Below, one piece after another: positions 38,480 through 50,708 of a stretch of DNA of 64,000 nucleotides; position 1 is the stretch's first letter; each line of letters opens with the position of its first letter. A model generated the notes under the pieces. That model was not told where the DNA came from, made no database searches, and saw only the letters and a program-made list of their open reading frames with translations. The translations under genes and the position numbers were made by a program. Location: the NCBI GenBank assembly GCA_002633005.1, contig NMRA01000002.1, forward strand, positions 2,996,228 through 3,060,227, read 5' to 3'. The stretch comes from Phoronis australis. Lineage: Eukaryota; Animalia; Phoronida.

Positions 38480-39171
38480 GTAGTTGAGTTCTCTACTAAC
38501 CTATCTTGCCGCAGAATACTCGCCGATGGAAAGTGGTGGCGACAATTGTTGAAAAACAGCACAAAACAAAAGTAGAATAGAACAGATTCGCACGTTAAAG
38601 TCAACGCAAAACCAAGTGGCGGGAAACGCTTGCCTCCTAAAACGTCACTTCCGGAGTAGCGGACGAGTAATTTATAAAATTACGAAAAGCTGTAATTAAG
38701 TGGAAAATATGTCTAGGATAACTAACCAACCTTATTTTAGCTCAAAATGACATAGACAAAGGTTGCCTTCGCCTTTAACGACGCCACAACTAACGCGTTA
38801 TTTAATACATACAAGCCTAGATAAACGCGCTAACGTGTAAAACCAATTGAAAACCTTGGAATTCTATGTAAAACGTCCCGTAAGCATTAAGAAATGACAG
38901 GCTTAGATTTCCATGTCATACCTATGGAGCGCCAAAGTACGAAACGGAACTCCAAGCATAGTTGTTAACGCGTTCGGATTTTACTCGTTTGCGCGTTAGG
39001 CAAATTAAAGGATATACATTGACATTCACGTTTACAAGATGACGTCACGAATTCTGAGAACGGGGTCGAGTTAGTGTCTTACTAGAAACGTGTATTTTTA
39101 ATGAGAGCAAGTGATTTTGGTTAGATTTTTCTGTCCGCGAGACAGTTATTGAACTCGACCCTGGTTACTAA

Positions 39172-40348
39172 GACTAGTACAAGAAATAGCATATGGAACG
39201 CGCCTGGCGCCACTTCAATGCGACGTCACCGGAAGTAGGGCAAAACCCGCCATATTGCCCTTGTTTTACCCCGAGTCTTTGCTACACTGACACACACTAA
39301 ATCTTACTGGAGTTCTTATGCAGAATTTTACGCTTAAAACGTTAACACAACTTAAGACATGGTAGATGTATCGTGGAATAACTGTGCGTGAATGGACGAA
39401 GAAAATGTGAACTTGCTGTGTTGTGTGAAGCTGTGAACGAACTCGACCCAGGCCAGGCCTGAATGTCGCAGGCATACAGGGGCGATAGTATTTCCCCATA
39501 AAAAGTTACTGGTTTCAAAATACAGCAAATGAAATCAAATGAAACATGCATATGTGCACATGGAATTATAATTAACACACACCATGACTCTGGATACAAT
39601 TTAGTCAACAAATAACTTGAACATATCCATGAAAACCTTGCGTTTCGCACGAGTTTCTCTAACCAGGCGCCATTTTGAGGAAGTTATGTTAAATCACGCC
39701 TGTTGACGAACAATAAGTCCAAGGAACACAAATCTTACTAATTTCACTTGGTATCTTCTCATGCTATTTGCAAGTCTCGCGCTAGCCTTTGCCTCATACC
39801 TGACTCAGTTGTAATACTTTGTGGTTATCGCACGCGCGGTGAGAAAGTTAACAATAACCAAAAAGTGGAGTTGGAATTCTTCGCCAAAGTCACCTGAATG
39901 CTCGTAGCTATGCTTCATCGAAGATATATGCTTAGAAGCAGAAAGGATCACTGAAGAAAGTAAGCGCTTTTTTAAGTGCTTGCTTTAAGTGTAGAATGCA
40001 TTTTTGACAAGGTGAATACTTAATCAGAGAGCGGATTTCGCCTACCGCCCGTTTAAATACACGGGACGAAATTAGAACAGAACGCGACAGAACGTAATGT
40101 AGTGCGAATCTAAATTACATTTGCCATAACAGCAATGCTTGTTTGGAATTTTTCACACTTAAAACTTAAAAACTGGTAAACTGCTACCGTATCGGGCAAA
40201 TGGCCAAACGACAAACTTTTGCCCTACTTCCGTTGACGTCACAGTTAAGTCTCACGTAATCTCGCGTTATTGTTTTTAACTCGCAAAAGGGGAGCATGTT
40301 GAGTACAACCCCATTTCTGTATGACCAGTAAGACGTCGTGTTCTAGTC
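39172..40348. mobile_element. Possible ~1.2-kb non-autonomous TIR element of unknown superfamily
   Basis: Outer IR GACTAGTACAAGA / TCGTGTTCTAGTC. Inner IR GACGTCACCGGAAGTAGGGCAAAA (39222) / TTTTGCCCTACTTCCGTTGACGTC (40217). Confidence 0.5.
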
Positions 40349-40739
40349 AGTGATGACGTATGCTCCGATGTCGGCCAGTTTACGCGCCAATTGAGCCGAC
40401 AACTGACGAGCCATAAAGGTCACCTACCTCCCACTTCGCATTGGACAACATTACATACACCTTCATATTAGTTGAAACAATCAAAATCTGTCTGCGACTG
40501 ACTTAATTTTGTCCTGTCGGACAGTTTCCGGAAATGACACGGCACGAAAGAATCAAGCAAATTTGAATGAAATTCGCGGACTTTCAAGTCGTAAAATAGA
40601 TCGGAAAGGGAAAATAATGCAATCGATGACGACTTCGTGTCACACAGTGTTATAACCTTAACAGCGATTGCTTCTTTTAAGAATACCGACGCGTGTACGA
40701 CAACTGGCCGACCGCCTCATTGACGCGTCATCGTCAGAA

Positions 40740-40793
40740 TTGGCTCGTCACTTGTCAGAAATGACTCGTTACTTGTCAGAAATGACTCGTCAC
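40740..40793. repeat. 21-bp minisatellite (~2.5 copies)
   Basis: Repeats of tgactcgt(c/t)acttgtcagaaa. Confidence 0.7.
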
Positions 40794-43145
40794 GAGATGA
40801 CGATAGGCGTGTTTCGCAATAGCAAATACGTGCATTTGTGCGACGTGAACTTGACTCAGAGTTTGGCATACGCAGTGGAGTCCTCTAACTACTCACTGTT
40901 GCTGTCTTGGTGACATGTTATAGTAATAATGAGTTGACATAAATAATAAGAATTCTGTGGCTGAATACTCTGAAGAAGGACGCGACAACTGTCACGAAAC
41001 ACTCACCCGAAAGAGCACACCACACAAAAATTTTGCTAAATTAAGACAAGAACGCGACTACTCATTTGTTAACATGAGATATCGAAATCGTTTAAATTCT
41101 CATCATACAAATCACATATCACTTAAACATCTGCTCAAGACTGAGAAAATCACATGACTTCGTCAATGTGTAACACGTTGCTGTGCATGTAAGTACATGT
41201 AGAGATATACGGAACTATATGTTTTACTTTACTGTTGTTCATGTTACATGTACTTCGGTGTACCGACTAATATGTCGTTTTGAGCGACGGGTGTAGTGTT
41301 GAAATTTGTTACCAACATAGTTTCTGCACTGAAATACTTTGACACAGATTTTTGTGACGCACAAGACATTTTCTGAACCAAAATGGATCTGGACCTGTTT
41401 TTTCGTAACCATAGCTAACATTATCGTCGACACCTTGTGAACGCGACCCTGAGGTAGAGTGACATACGGAAATGTTAACCAAGACACTTAACATTGCTGA
41501 TGCCACCAGTGGACACTAAAACCGTTCAAATGCTGTCAAACTGCGTGAAAATAGTTTTCCTTCGTTTCATTTGTGCTGTGAAATTGCTTACCGAATCACC
41601 TAAGGTTATCACGGGTACCACTGCTAAGAGGCAAACTGACGGTCTGTTCCTCCGCAGTCTATTGAAAATCTAACGGCATACATCTCTGACATCTGGTGCT
41701 TCGCTGGTCAATCAATCGTGACGTCCAGCGGTGGTTTTAAATGACCTGAACCACGACCTTAAATGGCGTAACTTGAGTCATAATCCAAGGGATAAATGGT
41801 GTTTGTGATCATGTCATGTCCACTGCTTACAACGTAACGCGAGCGGAAAACTTTGTTTTTGTCAGAATAGCATATGTGGGTTTAGCTTAAAAGGTAGCTA
41901 TGCTTTGTGATTGAGTTTGGGTGGAAAGGGAAAAATTAAACCCAGGAATTAATTTATCATGCAACAACTTCAAGTTAAATGAGCGAGACCTGTTGTTAAT
42001 TTAGAGCACTAAGAATAGTGGCGTGTACCTACGCCAGCGCTCTCTAAAGGGATAATTTGAACTAAATCACAATTAAGAACCAAATGTTTGACTTGATATT
42101 CCTTGAAGGACGATCGTGTTGGCTACTTCAGAAACATACTGTCACTTTCTCGCACGACAGTGCTATTGGTCACTCGTTGATCCAGCTACAACTATCTCCC
42201 GCTGCAGGCTAAAACACTGTACTTGCTGGTCACAGTCCTTCGTGACGCATCACCATCCCGGTTGTATACACATTACACAAAATCAAACTCATGGTCAACA
42301 GATTTCCTGTAACTTGACCTTTGCCCTTTCTATGTAAAATTTCTTCAGTACACCGAAGCAGGTCCTAGCAGCTTCACTGTCAAATTCTACCTGGAAACTT
42401 CTTAAATCGACAGCACCCTAAATTATAACAATTCTAGTACATCGGTATAGTCACATGGTTTTATTGAATCACGTCATTGGCTGTCATTTTGTGATTGACA
42501 TACCTATACATGTACCGGCCCTCACTGAGGTCGTTCACCCTTGCCTCGACCCAAGGCAAGCTAACGAAACAGTAACAAACTGTCAACAAACTTTTCAGGA
42601 AACAAGTTCCTTTTCTTGCTTTCTTCACACAACTGACCTATCGCTAGGATTTTAAGTGACGGCTTAACTGACCAATCAGAACGCAGCATTCTTGACACAC
42701 CTTCGTTTCCAAGCCGCCATTTTACCCCACAAACAACACGGTGCCGGGTAAAACTTATTGTTTGTTTGTCGCCTGTTTGCAAGGGACGGAGCTTAATTAA
42801 AAGTACACATAGTGATAGAAAGTTAACTAAAATTCCCACAGATTATATAATCCACACATAATCTGACAGTTTTGGACTTTCGTGTCTCATAAAAATTATC
42901 CAAAAAGAAACAACGCGCAAAGGAAATTGTGCAACAATTGAATAAATTCTTGCCTGTGGAGGTTACATAAAATGAGACAAATAAGCGACAAGTTGAAATG
43001 TTGAAATACCCAAATTAACCAGATCATAGCTTAGTATCGTAAAAATTTGTCCAAACTGCCTCGTTTTAGAGATGCTGACAGAGGCTGGATGCATCGTCCT
43101 CGTATGACCAAAGTGGCACTGCAAATATCAACGCTATAGCACCAG

Positions 43146-43295
43146 CCTCCCGTTCAGTAACGCTAGGACCTCGCTAAAAAGCAAGACTTCGCGAGATTAC
43201 GCGACATATTGCCGTGTATTTTAAATGAGATCACGTGACTTTGACTAGATTTTAGCTAGGTCCTAGCGTAGGTCCTAGCGTTGCTGAACGCACGC
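43146..43295. mobile_element. 150-bp Harbinger-type MITE
   Basis: TIRs ...CGTTCAGTAACGCTAGGACCT / AGGTCCTAGCGTTGCTGAACG..., with CAG at 43143-43145 and 43296-43298. Confidence 0.8.
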
Positions 43296-43559
43296 CAGGT
43301 ATTTCTGATGTGAACGCCTCTACGCATGCCCGAAACATTTGAATACTATTTCAATGTAAAATATATTTACTGCTTTAAAAAAACACACATCTTACTTTCA
43401 TATGGAGATAAAATAGAGAAAACACAACATTGAGAACGAATGAGTTTCCCAAGACTTTGAAGTTTATTTTTGGAATATTACCGGTTGCATCCAATCCCTA
43501 ATTTGCATGCTGACGTCTTAGTTTTCCACTGAGCCAATGACAAGCTGCTTGGGTTTGAC

Positions 43560-43830
43560 AATAACGATGAGTCTGGCTTAACCAAGGCATAGTTGATAAT
43601 ATAGGCAAACAGCGTGAACTTTTGAACAAAAGTAGCTGGCCTACGTATGTGTTAGATTGAAACTCAGAGCACGTCATCTGCACGGATGTCCAATTTTTCA
43701 AGAGCCCACTTTTCACACCACGTTCAAACCAGGCTTTTTCCTCTGCGTCTAGAATCAGCTCACCGTCCAGATTATAAATATGAGTGACCCGATTCATCAC
43801 AGTAGATGAACACATGCAGCAGTGTCATAG
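43560..43830 (-). mobile_element. Penelope-like retroelement 3' fragment (GIY-YIG endonuclease C-terminus)
   Basis: VTHIYNLDGELILDAEEKAWFERGVKS resembles the PLE motif HxxxWDxxxILDxExxWFERGVKEAI. Confidence 0.7.
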
Positions 43831-46800
43831 CTCTGGTCGTAAGGGTCCTCGATGTTGAAATAACCTTAATTTTAGAGAACGATTGGTTGTTTTTTATTTA
43901 GGTTATCTGTGTATACGGTGCACAAGTTCTATTTAATAAAACACATTCCAGTAGTAGTTTTCAGGTAGTCTCTCAAGTAGTTGTTCCGGTTGAGGGCACC
44001 TCAGTTCTTACAGGTCTCGGTGTTTTACAAGCGGTCTTGTTGCTATCCGAACTTTTCAAGGGCAAAATGTATCTTGTGTTTATCATTTGCCTCAAGGTCG
44101 ACACTCTCCATCAGGTGTCGCAGAAGCCGTGACAGACCATTGCCTTCAGTTCTCAAGTAAGTTCATTAAAGAATCGTATTTTTCCGTATCATATTTTGCG
44201 TCTGGATGAGTGATATCTTCCATTGTTATATGGAGTCTTTAGTTTATGATATCCCACCATAAAATGGCCGCCGAATGGAGATTGGATGCGAAACAAGACA
44301 TAGACCGTCACCTTTTAAAACTTTTCCCACGAATGTTAATAATGCAAACTTCAGTGTATCGAATAAATAAAAAATGATGGATAAATACAATAAAAACATG
44401 AAACACAAGGATATCGAGATTTAATTCAAAGCTGCTTTTCATTCTGCTTAACTGGATAAATCAGGATTCTGTTTCCGATAGCAACAAGAACATCGAAACC
44501 CTCAGCCACTCAGGAAAACGCTTCAAACTTTTTTGGGGGCTGGCCAACCCAAAAATTGCAAATTCTAAAATGGCGCATGAACATATAGCTTGTAACTTGA
44601 GTTGGTAACGGAAGTGTAATCTTGACCCTGTAAGGATTATTGTGAGTCCGATTTTTGAGAGTTAACGACGTAATTAAGTTTCGTTCATTAGCCAACTGAA
44701 CAGGGCAAAATGCAGATTTAAGAAATGTTCTTATTTAGTGACAATATGTAAAACAAATCACGAGGTCAAATATGGCATAGGTAAGGGTTCATATTTAATC
44801 AGAACGGTCTTCCAGAATAAGACCAGGCGTAAACTGAGTTCCGTTCTGTAGAAGCAAGACACTCCAAGGCAGTCCTAATAATATACATAGGCGATAACAA
44901 TCTTCAAAATCTGCACTTGTCATGATTTGCCAAGCGAATTTACAAAGTGCGCTGTCTGTAGTCGCGGCGATTTCTAAGCAGTTGCCGGCTGTATTTGAAT
45001 CTGCGTTTCACGACAGTGCGATGCAGAACAGACACTTGCCGATCTAAAAAGTTTTCCTCTAGTTTATTACATAAACGGGTCTTACAGCCGAAATTTGACG
45101 TACCTCCGCGATGAGTCAGGTCTCTTAGTGCTAGTTGCGAGAAGTGCGACGAATTCACCGGTGGACGGTACGCAAATAAATAGCTGAACACCTGGATAAT
45201 AGGAAGTCAAATTTGTATAGCAAGAATCAAGATGTGAACCCAAAACAACCAAATAAATAAAAATGATTTTACGCTTGGCCAGTATCAATGTGGGTTTTCA
45301 AGGACAACAGGGGCAGTCAGATCAGGAACAGTTCCTAAAACTCAGGTCACGGAAATAGACTATAATAGTCGTCAATTTTTTTGTTTCAGCCTAGGCACGA
45401 AATTGTGTTCAAAAGGTTTGTACTTTAATAACAAGAAAGAGGAAAACATTATAGCATGATAAAAATTGCTTAATTTGGTACATATTTCAAGTGTTTGATC
45501 TCGATTAACCCCTTGAGATAAGGCTTTTAATAGCTAGATATGACGTGCATACCGATTACCCAATACTTTGAGGGAAATTGGCACAGATGGAGTATAACGA
45601 AAATGCCCAGCTAATAACATGTCGTGAGTCAAATGGATTGGATGCCACGAGCGTGGTTTGCTAAATGTCCGTTGGCATCATCCATGTCGCTTCATTTAAG
45701 GCATTGGGCTATCTTCGTTACCAATGATCAAATTTCTTGCATAAATTTAAAGTAGACCCGTAAAACTACATATTTGTAAAAGAATTGGTGGTCACATAAT
45801 CGTCTTACGTAGCAGATCTAATAATCAAACGTTTGTAGTCATGGGACTGCGTTTGACTGAAAATCTTGATTTCCGCCGTAAGTTCCTCAACAGGATTTTC
45901 TGAAGGAAACTTCAAAATTCTTTTTCTTTATTCTAGTAACTACGCATCTTTTACACGAGAATTCCGCTGTCAAATAAAAATTTCCCGAAAAACCCCTAAA
46001 GTTTTCAATTCTGACAGCCGAGCTCGGCATGCTGTTGTAGTTAAAACAATAAAATAATGCTTGTAAAAAATACGGCGATCTCCATAAAAAATCACGATTT
46101 TTGAAAAAAAACGCAGTCATGTGATTACAATCATTTGAACATTGTTTTTGTGAACGTTATTGTATTCTGCGATCATCAAGGACTTTATAACTATATAGTT
46201 TTAGAAATCTACTATTAATACATCAAAAGTTATTTAAAAAAAATCTCTTTCGTCAGCAGAAAAATATCAGTAAAATTTCAATATTTCGTGACTTTCAGCT
46301 CTGCTTGTGTCTGCCTTATTTCGTAATTAATTGTTTATTTTTTAAAGTGGACTGGGTTTCCACGGAATCCTTAAATATTGCCGCAGTCGAGTGAGTACCT
46401 ATAATGCATAAGCCATGTGGCACTCACTATGGCGGCGATTTACATAAAATCCAAATTTAATTTAATTAATTTAATTCAATTAAATTTGAAAATATCTAGA
46501 ATTGTGTTGACTGAGCATTATTTGGGCTTACATGTAACTTTCGACGGAACTACCTTGAGTTAAAATCTGTTTTATGACATTTTCAACTAAAACGAAACGG
46601 AAGAGTGTCTTTAAATGGGTATTACGCTTACATGTCAAAACATCAACTTTCGATTCAGGCAATTTAACGTTGTATAACCAGCCTCATCTTGTTCCTTACT
46701 CAGATTAGAAACGACGTGAATCAACAGCTCCTTAGTACTTCAGACCAGACTTATGAAATTTACCTGCCACGGTGGGCAAGGTTTAGCCGTCGAAGCAGAA

Positions 46801-46924
46801 GCAGCTGCCACGGGTCTGATTGCCATCAATTTCAAGTGAAATAAAACACACGGCTTTGAGAGACCAAATATGTTGGGTGAAGAAAGTTTTTGACACCAGG
46901 ACATGGCTTGTAACCGGTTTTTAA

Positions 46925-47266
46925 AGGGATAGTATCGCTTTTACGGCCGAAAACGCATTTTCGGGCTTATTGCTGAATGGGGTACACTTTTGAAAGGTAT
47001 CACTTTTATTGGAGCTATAAAACAATGACAACCGTTGTTGTTTTTGTCATTTTATTGCAAATCGCGAATTCTCGACGTTGTCTGACAGACATTCATTGAA
47101 ATCAATGCCGGTGACTTGACAAGTTCAATACTTTTAAAATACTCTGACATTTAGCGAGTGGGATTTAGCTTAGCCAGTTGGCTGACTGCGACGCTAGAGA
47201 AAATCAGGTTCGATTCCACGCTAGGGCTGATCTCAGAAAAAGATTATTCTCGCCGATGATGTCATT
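46925..47266 (+). mobile_element. 342-bp Kolobok-type MITE with internal tRNA-like module (family copy A)
   Basis: TTAA at 46921-46924 and 47267-47270, with degenerate ~13-bp TIRs. A-box-like TAGCCAGTTGG (47171) and B-box GGTTCGATTCC (~47207). Confidence 0.75.
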
Positions 47267-48599
47267 TTAAAAGTGATGGCTATGATGAACAAAACGTATC
47301 TCTCTTATGTGCCATTACAGTTACGCATTATTTGAACTAGGTCGTCGTTTGATCGTTGCCTTATCGTCAAATTTTGCGTATAAGATGTCTTCAGTTTGCC
47401 ATGTTTGTACAACAACGAGAAATTGTTTAAAACTCTGGTTTCAAAAATATAGTGATGGCGACAGGTTGTCCTGATGTATTGAAAAGAACAAAAAAAATGA
47501 TGTTAAGATTATTTTTGTACACGCAAACAGCAGCGTGGGTTATTTTTGTGCCACAGTTTGGCTATTTTGTTCAGACGTATTTTAAAAAAACTGGGTTAAG
47601 TTCTTATTGAAATAGCAATTTTTGACAAAAGGTAAGTACACCTGTCCACAAGAATGCTCATTACTGTGAAAGCTAACGTAAAGCTATGGGTGGCTCAGGG
47701 ATAAAAACTTGTAGCTTAGTAGACACGTACAGTAACTTGTTTGTATATAAGCCTTTACATGACAACGTCAACATGAGAAGCAGCGAATAAAAACTGTAAT
47801 TATTTTTTACGACAGGAATGACCAGTCTATAAGAATGCCAAGTGTGTCCTAAATGTGCATATTTCTCGCGCTAGTCGATTCTCAGTTCGGAGACTAGACC
47901 CTGGGCCCATGTCAGCTCGTTCCAAGGAAATTTTATAAGTGATAACAATTAAAAAGGGCGTCACGTGTCAATGAAACTTACAATAAACTCGGGAAAAATT
48001 GATGAAGTTGGACCTACTACGCAAAGAAAGCGACGACATGGCGTAAACGCACGGATGGTACCTTTCCCTGCATAAAACGGGTGCGCGGGTTATCAACTAC
48101 AGTGACATGGTATTAAGTTGTTGGTCAAGCTGCTTTTGTTGAACAGTGCCAGCCGCTTATCAATCAAGCCTGTCCTCCGACGGAACCATTTTAAAGGAAG
48201 ACAATCGGTTTTAGGGCCGAAACACGTATTTCGGAGAAATTTTATGAAGGGCTGACATCTTAAAGTTATTAACTTTGATCAAACCTACAACAAAATTTGA
48301 CGTTCTTGTTATTTTTTGAGAAATCGCCGATGCCACAGAAAATTTTTCAATCAAAGTTAACTATTGTCCGAGGCATCTACCTCATAAGCTGTTTGTAGTG
48401 CTGTGAAAGCCACTGTCGCAGCCCGTGTATGCCTAGTTCAGCCGCCAGGTTGGTTACACGGCTCGACCTTGTAAGCGCAGCAAATTACACATGGTTACGA
48501 TAAAATCATGGTAAACTGTCACTCGGCAAATAGGGCCGGCCCGGATTGCACGGCGATGGAATTCTCATTTGTCCCGGAGATAAGAAAGCGCGTGAACTC

Positions 48600-48754
48600 G
48601 TTTTGAAAATCAGGCACATTTTCCTGTCTCTCATTGATGTCGGGAAGGCGAAGAACTTCAGATCACGCATCCACGGGTATTTGTTCACTTTATCAAACTT
48701 TCTCGTGTCGGAGTTGCGGTCCACAGCACGGCAGTAATACTAGTTCGTTGGCAT
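48600..48754 (-). pseudogene. Decayed THAP domain N-terminal half
   Basis: MPTN*YYCRAVDRNSDTRKFDKVNKYPWMRDLKFFAFPTSMRDRK: the CxxxxC second Cys is mutated to R, followed by NS and FFxFP. Confidence 0.6.
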
Positions 48755-49014
48755 TGGAAGAACGAATAAAGTAATGCAACCGAGGAAAATTTGTAAGGAA
48801 AAGACAGCAAATAACTCTAGTGGCACGAAAACGAGGAAGCAAATGTGCCCGACTGATGTTTACGGCATTGTGGGTAAATACAACGAGATTCGAGTTTCGC
48901 TGTGTAATCCTGGACGACCCTGTTGGTTTCACATAAACTAGAAGGTCAAGCAGTATAGCCTGCCCAGGTTAGCCTGGGCTCTTGGTCTTTTCGGGTTTTG
49001 ACAGAGCCGATGAG

Positions 49015-49210
49015 TGGTGCAGATAAAAGCGCCGTAAAATGTCAATAAAAGAATAATGTCCTGAGGGATTGTAAGAAAAAAGGCAAATAGGTGAAGCACG
49101 TTGAAGGAATAACCTCTCAACAGCACTTGAGAGTAAAATCGAGCCCTGGATTGTCGTGTTAGACCGTACAGCCGGGTGGGTTTGCACTCCACTGCCGTCT
49201 TGTAGAAACA
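49015..49210 (+). pseudogene. Decayed KolX-like (P2X7 C-terminal-like, Cys-rich) Kolobok accessory protein
   Basis: One frame gives WCR*KRRKMSIKE*C (cf. WCxCxxCxxMxxxxExxCC) and later PWIVVLDRTAGWVCTPLPSC (cf. WxxxxLGxxxRxPLPSC). Multiple stops. Confidence 0.45.
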
Positions 49211-50339
49211 GCTTGACAACTTTCGGGCTACTTTTGATTGTTTTAAGCGAAAACCTAAAATTGCCGGAGTAATGTGTTTTCAGGTGTCATGTCTGAGCTT
49301 TAAAATTACATGCATTAAGCCGCGTAAAGTGAGCCTGCGCCGAGCAAGGCGGCATCTGGATATCGCGTGGTCCACAAGGCAAGTCGAGAGTCACTGACAC
49401 CGAAACTCAAAGAGAAAAGGAAGCCACTTTCAGATTTTTTTTGAAGGAGCTCCGTGCAAGAGTCGTCTGAGATAACATTTTTGTATGTCTGATCAATTTT
49501 GCTGCGCATTTTATTCACCAATTATGTCACTTTAAATAGGCATTTTCATGCACCCCAGACCAGGAGACTCACTGGTCACGTAAATAAACAGCACTTTGGT
49601 TATGGGTCGTTATTTTTTTTTCAATTTTTGTGTACGAGAACTAGTGTTCAGCTCATCAGTGTTCTCCTGCAACTGTTATTCCTTGACGATCCATCAACAC
49701 AGGATCTTATGTCAAAATATTTTCAAACGAAAACGAAACCCCAAAGACTTGTAATTCACATTGTGTTTTGAGTGCAAAGTACAGAAGAAAACACAAACTT
49801 CCGATTGAACTAGCCGGACAGCTGTCTTTCGTCGCTCCCTTGACAATTCTCACAATTATCCTATTAAATGCCCTTAGGTCCTGGTCGAAAGCACTACGCG
49901 TAGATAATATTTAACATGACTTTTACCTTACAGTGTACGTTAAGGCAAAATTCGCACTTTCCATCGCTATCCTAAGGCAAAGAGCTAGGCTCAAACTGAC
50001 AGCTGTCTCAACTGCGTATTACATGGTTAACATATCCTCGTTTAGTCATCATCTTTTTAGGCAAAGGCGTAAATAGACTGAGCACCTAGCAGAAACTAAA
50101 CGGTTCCGTTTTATTCTTTCCTATCTATTCTGGCTCATAATTTGTTGGAAAAGAATGTCTAGTAACTTAGTAACGAAGGCTGTCCTTCCAACAAGAACAC
50201 ATAATTGGCTCCTTAGTCACAGTAATTGTCTTTTACTTTTAATTCTCTGTTAATGTTCACGCGATAGCGACAGTGCCTTTATAAGCTCTATTTCCGTGTA
50301 TCCTGTGGATGTGTTAGTTCGTTAACGCTGTTGTAACCA

Positions 50340-50708
50340 AGCCTTATCCAATACAATACAAAAATTGACACGGATCAGCTGACACGGAACGAGTTGTTCC
50401 TGCAAACGTATGTGTGTAAATGGGACTGAACTGGAGCAAATTGACACCGCAGTGACAACTTTTGCCACCCGTTCGTGAGGTAGAGCAATTTGCGCTAGAA
50501 CATCTTGCTCCGTGTCAAATACAGGTTCTCTGTCTTTTCAACTCCCGTCATTTGTAAACCTGCGCATGTGTGATCCATTCTTCAGCCTACAATTTCCGTC
50601 TTGTCACAGTTAGTGAGTTGTGTGTGTAAACGGATCGACGCTTGACACCAATCAATTTGCTCCGTGTCAGTTGCGCCGGGGCAAAAGTTGATGTCTAAAC
50701 GGGACTTA
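50340..50708. mobile_element. Degenerate Harbinger-like MITE with TTGACACGG/CCGTGTCA inverted motif arrays
   Basis: Repeated tgacacgga on the left and tccgtgtca on the right; the right end is taaacgggactta. Confidence 0.45.

Larger units (their letters stand above)
37490..38774 (+). mobile_element. Kolobok-like DNA transposon with ~160-bp TIRs and TTAA TSD, interrupted by an assembly gap
   Basis: TTAA at 37486-37489 and 38775-38778. Termini AGGCGAAGGCAACC / GGTTGCCTTCGCCT. The TIRs (37490-37651 and 38617-38774) are highly similar, and an internal THAP ORF is present. RR...YY termini, a TTAA TSD and THAP fit Kolobok rather than piggyBac. Confidence 0.85.
48195..49299. mobile_element. Internally deleted Kolobok element with divergent THAP (-) and KolX-like (+) relics
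   Basis: TTAA-AGGAAGACA at 48191 and TGTCTGAGCT-TTAA ending at 49303. The left end is homologous to the 46921 MITE family. Contains the two coding relics listed next. Confidence 0.6.

Noticed and set aside
47162-47228. Genuine tRNA gene
   Set aside because: A/B boxes are present, but I could not fold a convincing acceptor or anticodon stem, and it lies inside a MITE.
29380-47640. Scattered plus-strand splice-like sites (e.g. 29424, 30591, 32410, 35500, 47632) as a long host gene
   Set aside because: They could not be assembled into a consistent reading frame; non-coding exons cannot be excluded without RNA data.
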